Source: Chiloscyllium plagiosum (lineage: Eukaryota). From it: 35,431 bases of DNA. The position numbers and the translations under genes are program-made. The stretch covers positions 85,833,103-85,868,533 of the forward strand of contig NC_057719.1 in the NCBI RefSeq assembly GCF_004010195.1. Direction: 5' to 3'. The notes under the pieces are model-generated. The model saw only the letters and a program-made list of their open reading frames with translations. It had not been told where the DNA came from and ran no database searches. Shown one piece after another: positions 35,012 to 35,431 of the stretch (within the stretch, counting starts at the first letter, position 1; every line of letters begins with the position of its first letter).

Positions 35012-35431
35012 ACTGTTCGCAGAGCTGGAAGTTTTTGTTGCAAACGTTTCGTCCCCTGGCTAGGCGACATCATCAGTGCTTGGGAGCCTCCTGCGAAGCG
35101 CTTCTTTGATGTTTCCTCCGGTGTTTATAGTGGTCTGTCCCTGCCGCTTCCGGTTGTCAGTTTCAGCTGTCCGCTGTAGTGGTTGGTATATTGGGTCCAG
35201 GTCGATGTGTTTGTTGATGGAGTTTGTGGATGAATGCCATGCCTCTAGGAATTCCCTGGCTGTTCTCTGTCTGGCTTGCCCTATGATAGTAGTGTTGCCC
35301 CAGTCAAATTTGTGTTCCGTGTTGTCTGCGTGTGTGGCTCCTAAGGATAGCTGGTCGTGTCGTTTCATGGCTAGTTGATGTTCATGGATGCGGATTGTTA
35401 GCTGTCTTCCTGTTTGTACTATATAGTGTTT
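35012..35431 (-). mobile_element. Penelope-like element 3' end (GIY-YIG domain) in the paralog intron
   Basis: KHYIVQTGRQLTIRIHEHQLA (YIG changed to YIV) then KRHDQLSL...HKFDW...REFLEAWHS..SINKH. Confidence 0.9.
35040..35079 (-). ncRNA. Minimal type-I hammerhead ribozyme motif
   Basis: GCA CUGAUGA U GUCGCCU AGCC AGGGGAC GAAAC GUU UGC: core intact, stem I GCA/UGC, stem II 6/7 bp, palindromic ACGU in place of stem III. Confidence 0.75.

Overview
Repeat-rich eukaryotic DNA, most likely from a shark. HE1-type tRNA-derived SINEs, young CR1/HER1-like LINEs and Penelope-like elements point to an elasmobranch; this is an inference from repeat families. The window holds one complete 3-exon gene on the + strand (CDS 13326-13484, 14694-14805, 16576-16976; 223 aa) encoding an EEF1AKMT3/METTL21B-like seven-beta-strand lysine methyltransferase, with a TATA/CCAAT promoter and a polyA signal. 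It also holds the last exon of a diverged, convergently oriented paralog on the - strand (34235-34620). The rest is mostly nested CR1, L2, Penelope, SINE and solo-LTR debris plus a (GATA)27 microsatellite. Most notable: (1) about ten minimal hammerhead-ribozyme-like motifs in Penelope-type 3' tails, short TSD-flanked elements and fold-back elements, including a U3-A8 core variant and a near-intact copy in sense orientation in the paralog's intron; (2) a 3'-truncated tRNA-Lys(CTT) copy between 61-bp direct repeats; (3) a 4.3-kb composite with inverted Penelope ends that splits an L2 element. Repeat boundaries are approximate and family calls come from motif recognition by eye, not database searches.
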